Shown one piece after another: positions 1 through 10,600 of a DNA stretch of 64,000 nucleotides. Within the stretch, counting starts at the first letter, position 1; each line of letters starts with the position of its first letter. The notes below the pieces were generated by a model, which was not told the DNA's origin, did no database searches, and saw nothing but the letters and a program-made list of their open reading frames with translations. The stretch spans positions 65,134 through 129,133 of the forward strand of contig CANQOL010000003.1 of assembly GCA_947625475.1 (NCBI GenBank), given 5' to 3'. Origin of the DNA: an uncultured Acetatifactor sp. Its GTDB lineage: Bacteria > Bacillota > Clostridia > Lachnospirales > Lachnospiraceae. Both the position numbers and the translations under genes were made by a program.

Positions 1-1
1 T

Positions 2-265
2 TTGAGGATCACCGGACAGCTGGATCCGGGGGAAGAGAGTGTGGTGCTGACCGTGGAGGACAACGGGGTGGGCATGGAGCAGGAGAAGGCCCAGAGAGTG
101 CTGACGGAGCACTCCGAGGGCTATGGGGTGCGCAACGTGAACGAGAGGATCCGCCTCTGCTATGGGGAGGAATATTCCCTGCGCATTGAGAGCGCCCCCG
201 GGAAGGGAACCAAGGTGTGGATCCGTTTCCCCGTCAAGAAGCTGCGGCAGGAGCAGGGAGAGTAA
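2..265 (+). CDS. C-terminal fragment of a sensor histidine kinase (HATPase_c, YesM-like); 5' end lies outside the window.
   Basis: Translation ...TVEDNGVGMEQEKAQRV...GYGVRNVNERIRLCYGEEYSLRIESAPGKGTKVWIRFP shows typical G1/G2-box HATPase_c residues. It sits directly upstream of a sugar ABC locus, as YesM/YesN-type systems do. Confidence 0.6.
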   Translation: MRITGQLDPGEESVVLTVEDNGVGMEQEKAQRVLTEHSEGYGVRNVNERIRLCYGEEYSLRIESAPGKGTKVWIRFPVKKLRQEQGE

Positions 266-559
266 AAGGAGCGGCGTAAAAAAGGGTCCATCCGGCGGGA
301 CGGACCTTTCAGGCAGGGCCTTTCGGGAGCCGGCAGGGGCTTCCCGGGGCCTTTTTTATGTTCATAAAAAATCAACATGTTTCAAAAATCATTGATATAT
401 ACGAAATCGGAGCCATAATTTAAACTTTTATTGTAAACAATAGACAAACCGAGCGGACGGTCACCGGGGACGGAGGATGAGAATGCCCTGCCCGGGGACG
501 CCGGCGAGGGAACCGGTATCTCCTGCGGATACCGGAATCAGAAAAAAGGAGAGGCAATT

Positions 560-1870
560 ATGAAAAAGAAGATTTTGGCACTTGTGTTATCTCTGGCCAT
601 GATCGCCGGCCTGACCGCCTGCGGCGGAAGCGGCAGCGGTTCCACGGCGGGCGGCAGCAGCTCTGCCGGCGGCAGTGCTTCCGCAGAGGGCGGCAGTGCT
701 TCCGCAGAGGGCGGATCTGCGGAGACCAAGGACGTGGCCCTGACCGTATGGGGACCTTCCGAGGATCAGGCGGACGACATGGGCAACTGGCTCCAGACCA
801 ACTGTGAGGCCTTCAACGCGGCTCACCCTGAGTGGAACATCACCTTCACCTACGGCGTGTGCGCAGAGGGGGACGCCAAGGCTACCATCACCCAGGATGT
901 GGAGGGTTCCGCCGACGTGTACATGTATGCAAACGACAACCTCAATGACCTGGTGGCGGCAGGCGCCATCGCGAGACTGGGCGGTTCCACCCTGGAGTAT
1001 GTGAACGCAAACATCCCTGAGTCCCTGGTGGCTTCCGTGACTGTGGGAGACGCCGTGTACGGCATCCCCTTCACCTCCAACACCTGGTTTATGTACTATA
1101 ACAAGAGCATTTTCTCCGAGGAGGATGTAAAGAGCCTGGAGACCATGCTGGAGAAGGCAAAGGTCGCCTTCCCTCTGACCAACTCCTGGTATATTCAGGC
1201 ATTCTACGCGGCAAACGGCTGCACCCTGTTCGGCGACGGAACCGACGAGGCGGCAGGCATCGACTTCTCCGGCCCCAAGGCGGAGGATGTGACCAATTAT
1301 CTGGTGGACCTGGTTGCCAACCCCAATTTTGTCAATGACGCGGACGGCGCCGGCATGGCCGGCCTGAAGGACGGCACCATCGGGGCCATCTTCACCGGCT
1401 CCTGGGATTACCAGAATGTGGAGGCCGCCATCGGCGCTGAGAACGTGGGCGCTGCCCAGCTTCCCACCGTTACCATCTCCGGCAACACCAACACACTGAA
1501 GGCTTTCGCCGGCTCCAAGGCCATCGGCGTGAACCCCACCTGTGAGGATATGGATGTGGCTGTCGCTCTGGCGGCCTATCTGGGCGGCGAGGAGGCTCAG
1601 AGAAGCCACTACGAGCTTCGGGGCATCATCCCTGCCAACATCAACGTGGCGGCTGACTCCGCCGTGCAGGCCGATGTGACCGCCAAGGCCCAGGCCGACA
1701 CCATCAGCAATACCTCCATTATGCAGCCCATTGTCGGCAACATGGGAAGATATTGGACTCCCGCTGAGAACATGGGCAAGGCTCTGGTGGCCGGCGAGGT
1801 GACCCATGAGAATGCAGCGGACCAGACCGCTCTGATGAACGAGTCCATGAACAAGGACGCTGTGGAATAA
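560..1870 (+). CDS. Sugar ABC transporter substrate-binding lipoprotein (CUT1 / SBP family 1, maltodextrin-type).
   Basis: RBS AAAGGAGAGG precedes the ATG. The signal peptide carries a lipobox (LAMIAGLTAC), followed by a Gly/Ser-rich linker. Length is 436 aa, and two permease genes follow. Confidence 0.75.
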   Translation: MKKKILALVLSLAMIAGLTACGGSGSGSTAGGSSSAGGSASAEGGSASAEGGSAETKDVALTVWGPSEDQADDMGNWLQTNCEAFNAAHPEWNITFTYGVCAEGDAKATITQDVEGSADVYMYANDNLNDLVAAGAIARLGGSTLEYVNANIPESLVASVTVGDAVYGIPFTSNTWFMYYNKSIFSEEDVKSLETMLEKAKVAFPLTNSWYIQAFYAANGCTLFGDGTDEAAGIDFSGPKAEDVTNYLVDLVANPNFVNDADGAGMAGLKDGTIGAIFTGSWDYQNVEAAIGAENVGAAQLPTVTISGNTNTLKAFAGSKAIGVNPTCEDMDVAVALAAYLGGEEAQRSHYELRGIIPANINVAADSAVQADVTAKAQADTISNTSIMQPIVGNMGRYWTPAENMGKALVAGEVTHENAADQTALMNESMNKDAVE

Positions 1871-1985
1871 GAAGCAAGGTTTTAAGACGGTTTCCGGCGG
1901 CTTTGCCGCCGGAAATTTCTCTATCGGGAGAAGGGTTTTCCTCCCGGATGGGGAGGGAGTAAGAGCAATAAAGGAGGGTTAACAC

Positions 1986-3374
1986 GTGAGTAAGGGAATC
2001 AGCGGGTTATTCACAAAGAAGGTGAGCGACTTCGCAACGCCCTATACGCTGGGGGCGGCGGTCAGAAAGGGGGATCTGGGCACCCGGCTCTCTCTGGTCG
2101 TATGCGGAGCGGGCAACATGCTCCACAGGCAGGTGGGCAAGGGGATTCTTTTCCTGCTGGTGGAGGCCGCCTATATCTGGTTCATGATCCGCAGCGGGAT
2201 CTACAACATCTCTATGCTGCCTTCTCTGGGCTGGCTGGAGCAGGAGGAGGTCTGGAACGAGGCGAAGGGGATTTTTGAGTACACGGCCGGCCATCAGTCC
2301 ATCCTGATTCTGCTCTACGGGGTGGTGACCATATTCCTCACCGCCATGTTTGTGGTATTTTGGCGAGGCTGCTTAAAGAGCGCCTACAAGGCCCAGTGCC
2401 TGCAGGCGGAGGGAAAGCATGTCCCCGGGCTGAGGGAGGATATCCGGGAGCTGTTCAACAGCAATCTGCAAAAGCTCCTGATGACGGTCCCTCTGCTGGG
2501 AATCGTCGCCTTTACTGTATTGCCTCTGATCTTTATGATCTCCATGGCCTTCACAAACTACAGCAAGCTGGGAGACCATCTGGTGCTCTTTGACTGGGTG
2601 GGTCTGGCCAACTTTAAGAAGGTTTTAAGCTTCAGCGATTCGATCGGACAGACCTTCTGGGGCGTTTTGGGATGGACCATCGTGTGGGCTGTCTGCGCCA
2701 CGGCCTTCAACTATATACTGGGAATGATCCTGGCTATCGTGATCAACAGAAAGGGGACCCGCTGCAAGGCGTTCTGGCGCTTTTGCTTTATGCTCTCCGT
2801 GGCAATCCCTCAGTTTGTCTCTCTGCTGATCATACGCACCATGTTCAACCAGGACGGCATCGTCAATATGATGCTCAAGCAGTGGGGCCTGATCTCCAGC
2901 TCCCTGCCCTTCTTCAGCAACGCCACCTGGGCGAGGATCATGGTCATCCTGATCAACCTCTGGGTGGGAATTCCCTACACCATGATGCAGGCCACCGGTA
3001 TCCTGCAGAATATCCCCCAGGAGCTGTATGAGTCCGCCAGAGTGGACGGGGCGGGCCCTGTGGTGACCTTCTTCAAGATTACCCTGCCCTATATGATGTT
3101 CGTGATGACTCCCTATCTGATCACCCAGTTTACGGGCAATGTGAACAACTTTAACGTGATCTACCTGCTCTCCGGCGGGAATCCGACTCCGGTGGGCTCC
3201 ACCGCAGGCAAGACGGATCTGCTTGTGACCTGGCTGTATAAGCTGACGGTAGACCAGCAGTACTACAACCTGGGCGCCGTCATCGGAATACTGACCTTCG
3301 TTGTGCTGGCCATTGTGGCTCTGGTGACCTATCACAACACCGGTTCCTACAAAGATGAGGAGGGATTCCAATAA
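1986..3374 (+). CDS. Sugar ABC transporter permease, MalF-like with an extended N-terminus.
   Basis: GTG start follows the RBS AGGAGGG. The protein has multiple TM segments. An EAA-like loop is present in ...YESARVDGAGPVVTFFKITLP... Confidence 0.75.
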   Translation: MSKGISGLFTKKVSDFATPYTLGAAVRKGDLGTRLSLVVCGAGNMLHRQVGKGILFLLVEAAYIWFMIRSGIYNISMLPSLGWLEQEEVWNEAKGIFEYTAGHQSILILLYGVVTIFLTAMFVVFWRGCLKSAYKAQCLQAEGKHVPGLREDIRELFNSNLQKLLMTVPLLGIVAFTVLPLIFMISMAFTNYSKLGDHLVLFDWVGLANFKKVLSFSDSIGQTFWGVLGWTIVWAVCATAFNYILGMILAIVINRKGTRCKAFWRFCFMLSVAIPQFVSLLIIRTMFNQDGIVNMMLKQWGLISSSLPFFSNATWARIMVILINLWVGIPYTMMQATGILQNIPQELYESARVDGAGPVVTFFKITLPYMMFVMTPYLITQFTGNVNNFNVIYLLSGGNPTPVGSTAGKTDLLVTWLYKLTVDQQYYNLGAVIGILTFVVLAIVALVTYHNTGSYKDEEGFQ

Positions 3375-4243
3375 TGAAAAAAGAAGGAGCATCTGTCAAG
3401 ACAAGACGTTTTGTCAGCAATACTGTGGTGCACATTGTGCTGGCGGCTCTGGCGATCCTGTGGCTGTTCCCCATCTTCTGGGTGGTGATGAAGAGCTTTT
3501 CCACGGATATCGGGCCCTACACCACCAGATTCTGGCCCTCTGAGCTGACCCTGAACAACTATAAGAGGCTTTTTACGGACACCACGGTGCTCAATTTTCC
3601 CCGGATGTTCATGAACACCCTGATCGTCGCAATATTCAGCTGCCTGATCTCCACCTTTATGACCCTGAGCGTGTCCTACTGTATGTCCCGGCTGCGCTTC
3701 AAGCTCAGAAAGCCCTTTATGAATCTGGCCATGATCCTGACCCTGTTCCCGGGCTTTATGTCCATGGTTGCCATCTACTATATCCTGCGGGCCCTGGGGC
3801 TCTCCGAGGGCGCTATGATCCGGGTGGCCCTGGTCATGGTCTATTCCGGCGGCGCGGGCCTGGGCTTCTATGTGGCCAAGGGATTTTTTGACACGATCCC
3901 CAAGGCCCTGGATGAGGCGGCCCTTCTGGACGGCGCCACCAATTGGCAGGTATTCACGAAAATCACCATGCCCCTGAGCAAACCCATCATCGTCTACACG
4001 GTGCTGACCTCCTTTATGGGACCCTGGACGGATTTCATCTTTGCAAAGGTGATCTGCCGTGCCAATGCGGATTACTACACGGTAGCGATCGGTCTGTGGC
4101 GTATGCTGGAGAAGGAGTATATCACCAAATGGTTTACTTCTTTTGCGGCGGGCGCGGTGCTGATTTCCATCCCCATATCCATCCTGTTCCTTGTGACCCA
4201 GAAATTCTATGCGGACGGACTCTCGGGGGCGGTCAAAGGATAA
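3374..4243 (+). CDS. Sugar ABC transporter permease, MalG-like.
   Basis: ATG overlaps the upstream stop (TAATG). It has 6 TM segments. The EAA motif reads ...DEAALLDGATNWQVFTKITMP... Confidence 0.75.
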   Translation: MKKEGASVKTRRFVSNTVVHIVLAALAILWLFPIFWVVMKSFSTDIGPYTTRFWPSELTLNNYKRLFTDTTVLNFPRMFMNTLIVAIFSCLISTFMTLSVSYCMSRLRFKLRKPFMNLAMILTLFPGFMSMVAIYYILRALGLSEGAMIRVALVMVYSGGAGLGFYVAKGFFDTIPKALDEAALLDGATNWQVFTKITMPLSKPIIVYTVLTSFMGPWTDFIFAKVICRANADYYTVAIGLWRMLEKEYITKWFTSFAAGAVLISIPISILFLVTQKFYADGLSGAVKG

Positions 4244-4246
4244 GAT

Positions 4247-5935
4247 ATGAAGCTCTTTACCAGACTACTGACACTGACTTGCATTTTCCTAATCCTGTCC
4301 GGCTGCAGCAGACTGCAGGATGACTCCCCCGGACAGGACTCTGAGGGCGGCAGTCTCTCCTCCGAGGAGGAGAGACTGCTCCAGATTGCCAAAACGACGC
4401 CGGAGGGGAAATATCCCAGCCTGGTGACCTACACTCTGGCCAAGATGACGGGAGCGAACAATTCCAATATGCCGGGGGAGGACACCTATGAGGACAACGC
4501 CTACACCCGGTATCTGAGGGAGCATCTGAATATACAGAATGAAAATGTCTTCGAGGAGAAGGATGACCAGTACTATATCACCCTGGACATGGCCATTTCC
4601 TCCGGAAGGATCCCGGACGTGATGGTAGTGGAGGACGCGGAGACAGTGGCCGAACTGGCGGAGAAGGGGATCATTCAGGATCTGACCGAGAGCTATGAAA
4701 ACTGTGCCAGCCAGGTGATCAAGGATATCTATGACAGCTACGGGGAGGCCATATTCGAGCCCGTGACCATCGACGGGAAACTGATGGCCATCCCGGAAAC
4801 CAATATCTCCGAGGGCCCCAGCCTGATCTGGCTGCGGAAGGACTGGATGGAGAGCCTGGGTCTGGAAGCCCCCAGAGACCTGTCAGATCTGGAGTACATT
4901 GTGGGGCAGTTTTTGGAACATCACATGGGCGGCCAGGACACGGTGGGAATCGTATGCGATACCACCCTGTGCGGGGAGACGGGTTACAGCTCCCAGTATC
5001 AGCTGGACATCATTTTTGCCTCCTTCGGGGCATTTCCCAAGCAGTGGATCCGGGACGGGGAGGGAAAAGTGTGCTATGGCTCGGTGCAGCCTCAGGTGAA
5101 GGATGCCCTTTCCTACATCCACGGGCTCTATGAGAAAGGAATCCTGGATCAGGATTTTCTGCTCCGGACCAATATAAATCTGATCGATCTGGTGGTGAGC
5201 GGCAAGTGCGGGGCCTTCTTTGGCCCCTGGTGGGCGCCCAACAATCCCCTGATGGATGCCATGGAGGCGGACGGGAACGCGGACTGGGAGCCCTATCTGT
5301 TGGCCACGGATCCGGATGGGACCACCTGCTACCACAGCCAGAATCCAAGCTACAAGTATGTGGTGGTCAGAAGCGGCTTTGCCTATCCGGAGGTTGTCTG
5401 CAAGATGATCAGCATTCTTTTTGACTATTCCCGCTACCAGGATGTGGACAATGAGGAGCTGGCGGCCTACTACGCCCTGAATGTGGATCCCACTGCCAGG
5501 CCAATCGCCATCAATGTGGATTACAACACGGCTCTGGAGAAGTGCTACGATATGATACAGGGGGCCCTGGAGGGGCAGGTGGAGGTGACGGATATGCCTC
5601 TTTTGGAGAGGGCCTATTACAGAGCCTGCCAGGCTTACCTGGAGGATCCTGGAAGCGCCAGCCTGGAAGAGTGGGCCGCCTATGAATCCCGGATTGTGGC
5701 CTGCCGCCTGCTGACCCAGGAGAACATTGTCCGGGTGGATTCCCTGTTCTTCGGGGAGACCGAGACCATGCGGGGCAGCTGGTGGAAACTCAGGGAGCTG
5801 GAAAACCAGGCATATTTAAAGATAATCAGCGGGGAGGAAGATATCTCCTATTTCGACACCTTTGTGGAGGAATGGAAGGCAGGCGGCGGTGAACAGATCC
5901 TGCGGGAGGTGGAGGAAAAGCTGGACGGCCGATGA
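4247..5935 (+). CDS. Large lipoprotein (562 aa), possibly a second accessory carbohydrate-binding or SBP-like protein of the locus.
   Basis: Signal peptide plus lipobox (LILSGCS). The gene is co-oriented and tightly spaced (4 bp after malG-like). No catalytic motifs recognised. Confidence 0.4.
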   Translation: MKLFTRLLTLTCIFLILSGCSRLQDDSPGQDSEGGSLSSEEERLLQIAKTTPEGKYPSLVTYTLAKMTGANNSNMPGEDTYEDNAYTRYLREHLNIQNENVFEEKDDQYYITLDMAISSGRIPDVMVVEDAETVAELAEKGIIQDLTESYENCASQVIKDIYDSYGEAIFEPVTIDGKLMAIPETNISEGPSLIWLRKDWMESLGLEAPRDLSDLEYIVGQFLEHHMGGQDTVGIVCDTTLCGETGYSSQYQLDIIFASFGAFPKQWIRDGEGKVCYGSVQPQVKDALSYIHGLYEKGILDQDFLLRTNINLIDLVVSGKCGAFFGPWWAPNNPLMDAMEADGNADWEPYLLATDPDGTTCYHSQNPSYKYVVVRSGFAYPEVVCKMISILFDYSRYQDVDNEELAAYYALNVDPTARPIAINVDYNTALEKCYDMIQGALEGQVEVTDMPLLERAYYRACQAYLEDPGSASLEEWAAYESRIVACRLLTQENIVRVDSLFFGETETMRGSWWKLRELENQAYLKIISGEEDISYFDTFVEEWKAGGGEQILREVEEKLDGR

Positions 5936-6006
5936 GAGAACATGGGCAGAGGAAAAAGTGGAATGGGGGACCGTTCCGCTTTTTCTTCCGCGGAGGGAGA
6001 GAGGAT

Positions 6007-7599
6007 ATGATAAAGAGAGACTTGGCGCGGGTGCTGGCGGCGGTGCTTTTGCTGACCCTGACAGGGTGCGGGGCCGGCGTGGAAGAAGGGGGGAAGATCC
6101 CTAAGCCGGCGGACGACGCCTATCGGAATTATTATGAGGTGTTTGTGCGCTCCTACTATGACGGGAACGGGGACGGCATCGGAGACCTGGAGGGACTGAC
6201 ACAGAAGCTGGACTATATAGAGGATCTGGGCTTCAACGGGATCTGGCTGATGCCCGTCATGCCCTCCCCCACCTACCACAAGTATGATGTGACGGACTAC
6301 TTTGGGATTGACCCCGAGTATGGCACCCTGGAGGATTTCAAGGATTTTATAAAGGCATGCGGGGAGAGGGATATCCATGTGATTTTGGATCTGGTCATCA
6401 ATCACACCTCTTCCCAGCACCCCTGGTTTACCGAGGCGTGCCGGTATCTGCAGGGCCTGGCCCAGGGGCAGGAGCCGGACCGGCAGGAGTGCCCCTATGT
6501 GGACTACTATCATTTCACCCGGGAGAAGCAGGCGGGCTATGCCCAGGTATCCGGGACGGACTGGTATTATGAGTGTGTCTTCGGGGAGGGGATGCCGGAT
6601 TTAAATCTCCAGAGCCAGGCGGTGAGAGAGGAAATCGAAAGGATCACGGACTATTGGCTGGATCTGGGGGTGTCGGGCTTTCGGCTGGACGCAGTGAAGG
6701 AGTATGAGTCCGGGTCCACCTCCCGCAGTGTGGAGATCCTCACCTGGTATGTGGACTATGTAAGAAGCAGGGATCCCCAGGCTTACCTGGTGGCGGAGGT
6801 GTGGGACAGTCTGGATGTGATTGCCGCCTACTACGCCAGCGGCATCTCCAGCATCTTTGACTATCCCTTCGGCAACAGCGACGGACAGATCGTCAAGGCC
6901 CTGCGGGGGGCCGGGGACGGTAAGTCCGGCGCCGCCTTTGCCCGGGCGGTGGAGAGCGTGGAGAACAGGTACAGGGAGCAGAACCCCGGCTTCATAGACG
7001 CACCCTTTTTCAGCAATCACGACACAGGGCGCATCGCGGGCTTTTTAGGACCCAGCGTGGAAAAGATCAAGCTGGGCGGGGCCATGAACCTTCTCATGAG
7101 CGGCAGCGTGTTTGTCTACTATGGAGAGGAAATCGGCATGAAGGGGGCCGGGAAGGACGAGAACAAGCGGGCTCCCATGTACTTTACCTCCGAAGAGTCC
7201 CCGGGGACGCCAAAGGCGCCTCCGGGCATGGACGCGGTGGAGCAAAAGTACGGATCCCTGGAGGAACAGGAGGGCCAGCCGGGATCCATCTACTGCTATT
7301 ACCGCAAGGCCATGTACCTGCGCAACACCTACCCGGAGATTGCCAGAGGACGCCAGCGGGCGGTGGAGCTTTCCGACGGGGATATCATTGTGATTGCAAA
7401 GGAGTATCAGGACGCGGTCACCTATGTGGTAATCAACAACAGCCCGGACGGGAAAGAGCTGGATCTGTCCGGCACGGAGCTCTCCGGCAGGAAGCTGGCG
7501 GATTCTCTTCTGGTGACTTACGGGGAGGAAGGCCCGCAGCCCTCTGTGTCCGGGGATGAGCTGACGGTGCCGGGTTTTGGAGTCTGCATCCTAAAATAA
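6007..7599 (+). CDS. Secreted/lipoprotein GH13 alpha-amylase family enzyme (alpha-glucosidase/oligo-1,6-glucosidase-like).
   Basis: GH13 conserved regions are present: DLVINHTS, GFRLDAVKE, EVWD and FFSNHD. A lipoprotein signal (LLTLTGCGAG) follows the ATG at 6007, which has the RBS GGAGGGAGAGAGG. The upstream part of the 5932 ORF is treated as a non-coding extension. Confidence 0.75.
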   Translation: MIKRDLARVLAAVLLLTLTGCGAGVEEGGKIPKPADDAYRNYYEVFVRSYYDGNGDGIGDLEGLTQKLDYIEDLGFNGIWLMPVMPSPTYHKYDVTDYFGIDPEYGTLEDFKDFIKACGERDIHVILDLVINHTSSQHPWFTEACRYLQGLAQGQEPDRQECPYVDYYHFTREKQAGYAQVSGTDWYYECVFGEGMPDLNLQSQAVREEIERITDYWLDLGVSGFRLDAVKEYESGSTSRSVEILTWYVDYVRSRDPQAYLVAEVWDSLDVIAAYYASGISSIFDYPFGNSDGQIVKALRGAGDGKSGAAFARAVESVENRYREQNPGFIDAPFFSNHDTGRIAGFLGPSVEKIKLGGAMNLLMSGSVFVYYGEEIGMKGAGKDENKRAPMYFTSEESPGTPKAPPGMDAVEQKYGSLEEQEGQPGSIYCYYRKAMYLRNTYPEIARGRQRAVELSDGDIIVIAKEYQDAVTYVVINNSPDGKELDLSGTELSGRKLADSLLVTYGEEGPQPSVSGDELTVPGFGVCILK

Positions 7600-7646
7600 C
7601 AGAATAAGGGAATGGATCATGGAAGAACAGCGGGGAGGGCCTGGCC

Positions 7647-10600
7647 GTGGATTTTTGCTTTGGAAAGACTGACTGGAACGATATCGGGAGAGGACAGGAG
7701 AGATGTTTTCTTTTGACCAACGGGCTGGGGGGCTACAGCTCCCTGTCCCTGGTGGGCTCCTGCGACCGCAGGGATCAGGCCCTGCTGATGGCGGCCCTCG
7801 TCTCCCCCAATGTCCGCTGGAACCTGATCGCCAATGTGGCGGAGCGGCTTGTGTTTCCCGACGCCTCCCTGGAGCTTTGGAGCCAGGAGTATCTGGCCGG
7901 CGGGGAGCGGCGCTGCCACAGGGGATATCTGTTCCTGAACGCTTTTCAGTACGATATCTGCCCGACCTGGACCTACCAGGCCAGGGGGGTGGAGGTCCGC
8001 AAGACCCTTCTGCTGGCCCCGGGGGAGAACACGGCTGCCCTTCGCTACCAGGTGTACAAAAAGTGCGGGGGGCCGGTGACCCTTACGGCCACTCCCCTTC
8101 TCCTGTTTGCCTGTAAGGGCCGGGAGCCGGAGCCCGGCCAGAGATATGAGCTGGAAGAGGGAGCCATTGTGAGCCGGGGCGTGCGGCTCTTTTGCCGGAC
8201 CAACGGCCGGCTGGAGCCGGAGCCTCTGCATCTGACGGAGGAACTCTTCTACGAGAAGGATTTCCGGGACGGCAGGCAGTATCTGGGGCGCTGCGCCGTG
8301 AACCATCACATTTCCTTTGAGATAAAGGGAGAAGAGCAGGAGTTTTATCTGATCTATTCCCTGGAGGCGGGGAGAGGGAGCTTTGAGGAGCTCCTGGAGC
8401 GGACCAGGGAGAGGGAGGAGGAGCTCTCCCGGCGCATACCCGTGAAGGATGAGGTGGGAAGACGGCTGGTCCGCAGCGCCTGCGGCTATATCAGCCGCCG
8501 GGATTCCACCGGGGGAAAAACTCTGCTGGCGGGCTTCCCTTTCTTTGAGGACTGGGGGCGGGATACCATGATCGCCCTGCCGGGCTGTGCGCTGGCTGCC
8601 GGGCGGTATGAAGATGCGGCGGATATTCTGCGCACCTTTATGAGGTACTGCAGGAGGGGACTGATGCCCAACCTGTTCCCCGAGGGGGGAGGAGCCGCCT
8701 TCTACAACACGGCGGATGCCTCCCTGCTCTTTGTCCAGGCTCTGTATGAGTATTATCACGCCAGCGGGGATGCTCCCCTGGCCCGGGAGGCGCTGCCCGT
8801 GATCGATGAGATCATCCGGCGGTACAGGGAGGGAACGGACTACCATATCCGCATGGATGAGGACGGACTGATCCGGGCGGGGGAGGGGCTGGAGCAGCTC
8901 ACCTGGATGGATGTGCGCTGGAAGGATATCCTGCCCACCCCCAGGCACGGCAAACCTGTGGAGATCAATGCCTGCTGGTACAATGCCCTGTGCATTGCGG
9001 ATGAACTGCGGGAGAGCCTGCTGGGGCAGAGGGCCTGTTACGGTCCTCTGCGGGAGCAGGTGAAGAAGAGCTTTCTGGAAAAGTTCTGGATGGAGACGCC
9101 GGGGTATCTGCGGGACGTGGTCAGCCAGGGGGAGGACAATCTGCGGGAACTGGAAAAGTACAGGCGCTTTGAGGGCAGGGAGTGCGCCGGGATCCGGAAG
9201 GGGAAGAAGGGGAGACTTGTGCCGGATGAGCAGATCCGTCCCAACCAGATCTGGGCCCTCTCTCTGCCCTACTCCATGCTGGACGGGGAGAAGGCCCGGC
9301 GGGTGCTGGATGTGGTCTACGAGAAGCTCTACACCCCTCTGGGACTGCGGACGCTGGATCCGGAGGACGAGGATTACCATCCCTTCTATGGGGGAGACCA
9401 GATGCAGCGGGATATGGCCTACCACCAGGGGACGGTCTGGCCCTATCTGCTGGGAGAGTACTATCTGGCCTTCCTGCGGTGGGCGCCGGATAAACGCAGG
9501 GCGACAGAGCGGGTCCGCCGGGAGCTGGAGCCCATGGAGGCCTGTCTGAGGGAGGGCTGTCTGGGGCATATCGCGGAGGTCTACGACGGAGAAAAACCCA
9601 ATGTGTCCAAGGGCTGTTTTGCCCAGGCATGGAGCGTGGGAGAGCTGGCGAGAGTTTATGCCGGGCTGGAGAGGCTGGAGAGGGAGGTGCAGGCGGGCAT
9701 GACCGATCTGGAGAAAAAGCTGCTGTTCGAGTCGGCTGAATTTGAGAAAAATTATACCTATGAGGGGGACGACCTGGGAGCGGTGAGGAGCCCGGAGGGA
9801 ACGGTCTTTAAGGTCTGGGCCCCCACCGCCTCCCAGGTTTGGGTCAATCTCTACCGCACGGGAGGGGAAGAGTCCGGGGACAGCCTGGGGGTATTTCCCA
9901 TGGAGAGGGGAAGCCGCGGCGTGTGGGAGTACCGTTTTCCCCGGGATCTGAAGGGCGTTTACTACACCTACAGCGTGTCGGCGGAGGGAGAGGTGCGGGA
10001 GACCGGGGATCTCTACGCCCGTGCCTGCGGCGTGAACGGCAGACGCAGCATGGTGGTGGATCTGGCGGCGACGGATCCCAAGGGCTGGGAGAAGGACCGT
10101 GCGGTGGGAAGGCGCAGGGAGGCGGGAGCTGTCTATGAGCTGCATATCAAGGATTTCTCTCACGATCCCTGCTGCGGCGTACCCATGCCCTTCCGGGGGA
10201 AATATCTGGCCTTCACCTGTGAGAACACCTGCCTGGAGGGGCACTCTACCTGCCTGGCCTACTTAAAGGAGCTGGGGATCCGCTATGTGCAGCTGCTTCC
10301 CTTCTATGACTTCGGCTCCGTGGAGGAGGGGGAGGGCGGGGAAGACGCCTTCAACTGGGGATATGATCCTGTCAACTATATGGTGCCGGAGGGTTCCTAC
10401 GCCACGGACCCCTTTCACGGGGAGGTGCGCATCCGGGAGGTCAAGAGCATGATTGCCGCTCTCCACAGAGCGGGTATCGGGGTGGTCATGGACGTGGTGT
10501 TCAATCACACATACTCCCAGGACTCCTGGTTCCAGAGGACGGTGCCCGGCTACTACTACCGCACGGACGCAAGAGGACATCTCACCAACGGCTCCGCCTG

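Noticed and set aside
587-1807. Long antisense ORFs overlapping real genes (587-1807, 7617-10244, 12827-14089, 14927-15997, 21030-23723, 24495-25955, 51198-52907 and 52834-54387)
   Set aside because: These are typical high-GC artefacts. They are low-complexity, Arg/Pro/Gly/His-rich translations lying opposite well-supported genes with conserved motifs.
5932-6006. Upstream extension of the GH13 ORF (MREHGQRKKWNGGPFRFF...)
   Set aside because: A lipoprotein signal peptide with a strong RBS begins at 6007. The extension overlaps the preceding gene's end and has no coding signal.
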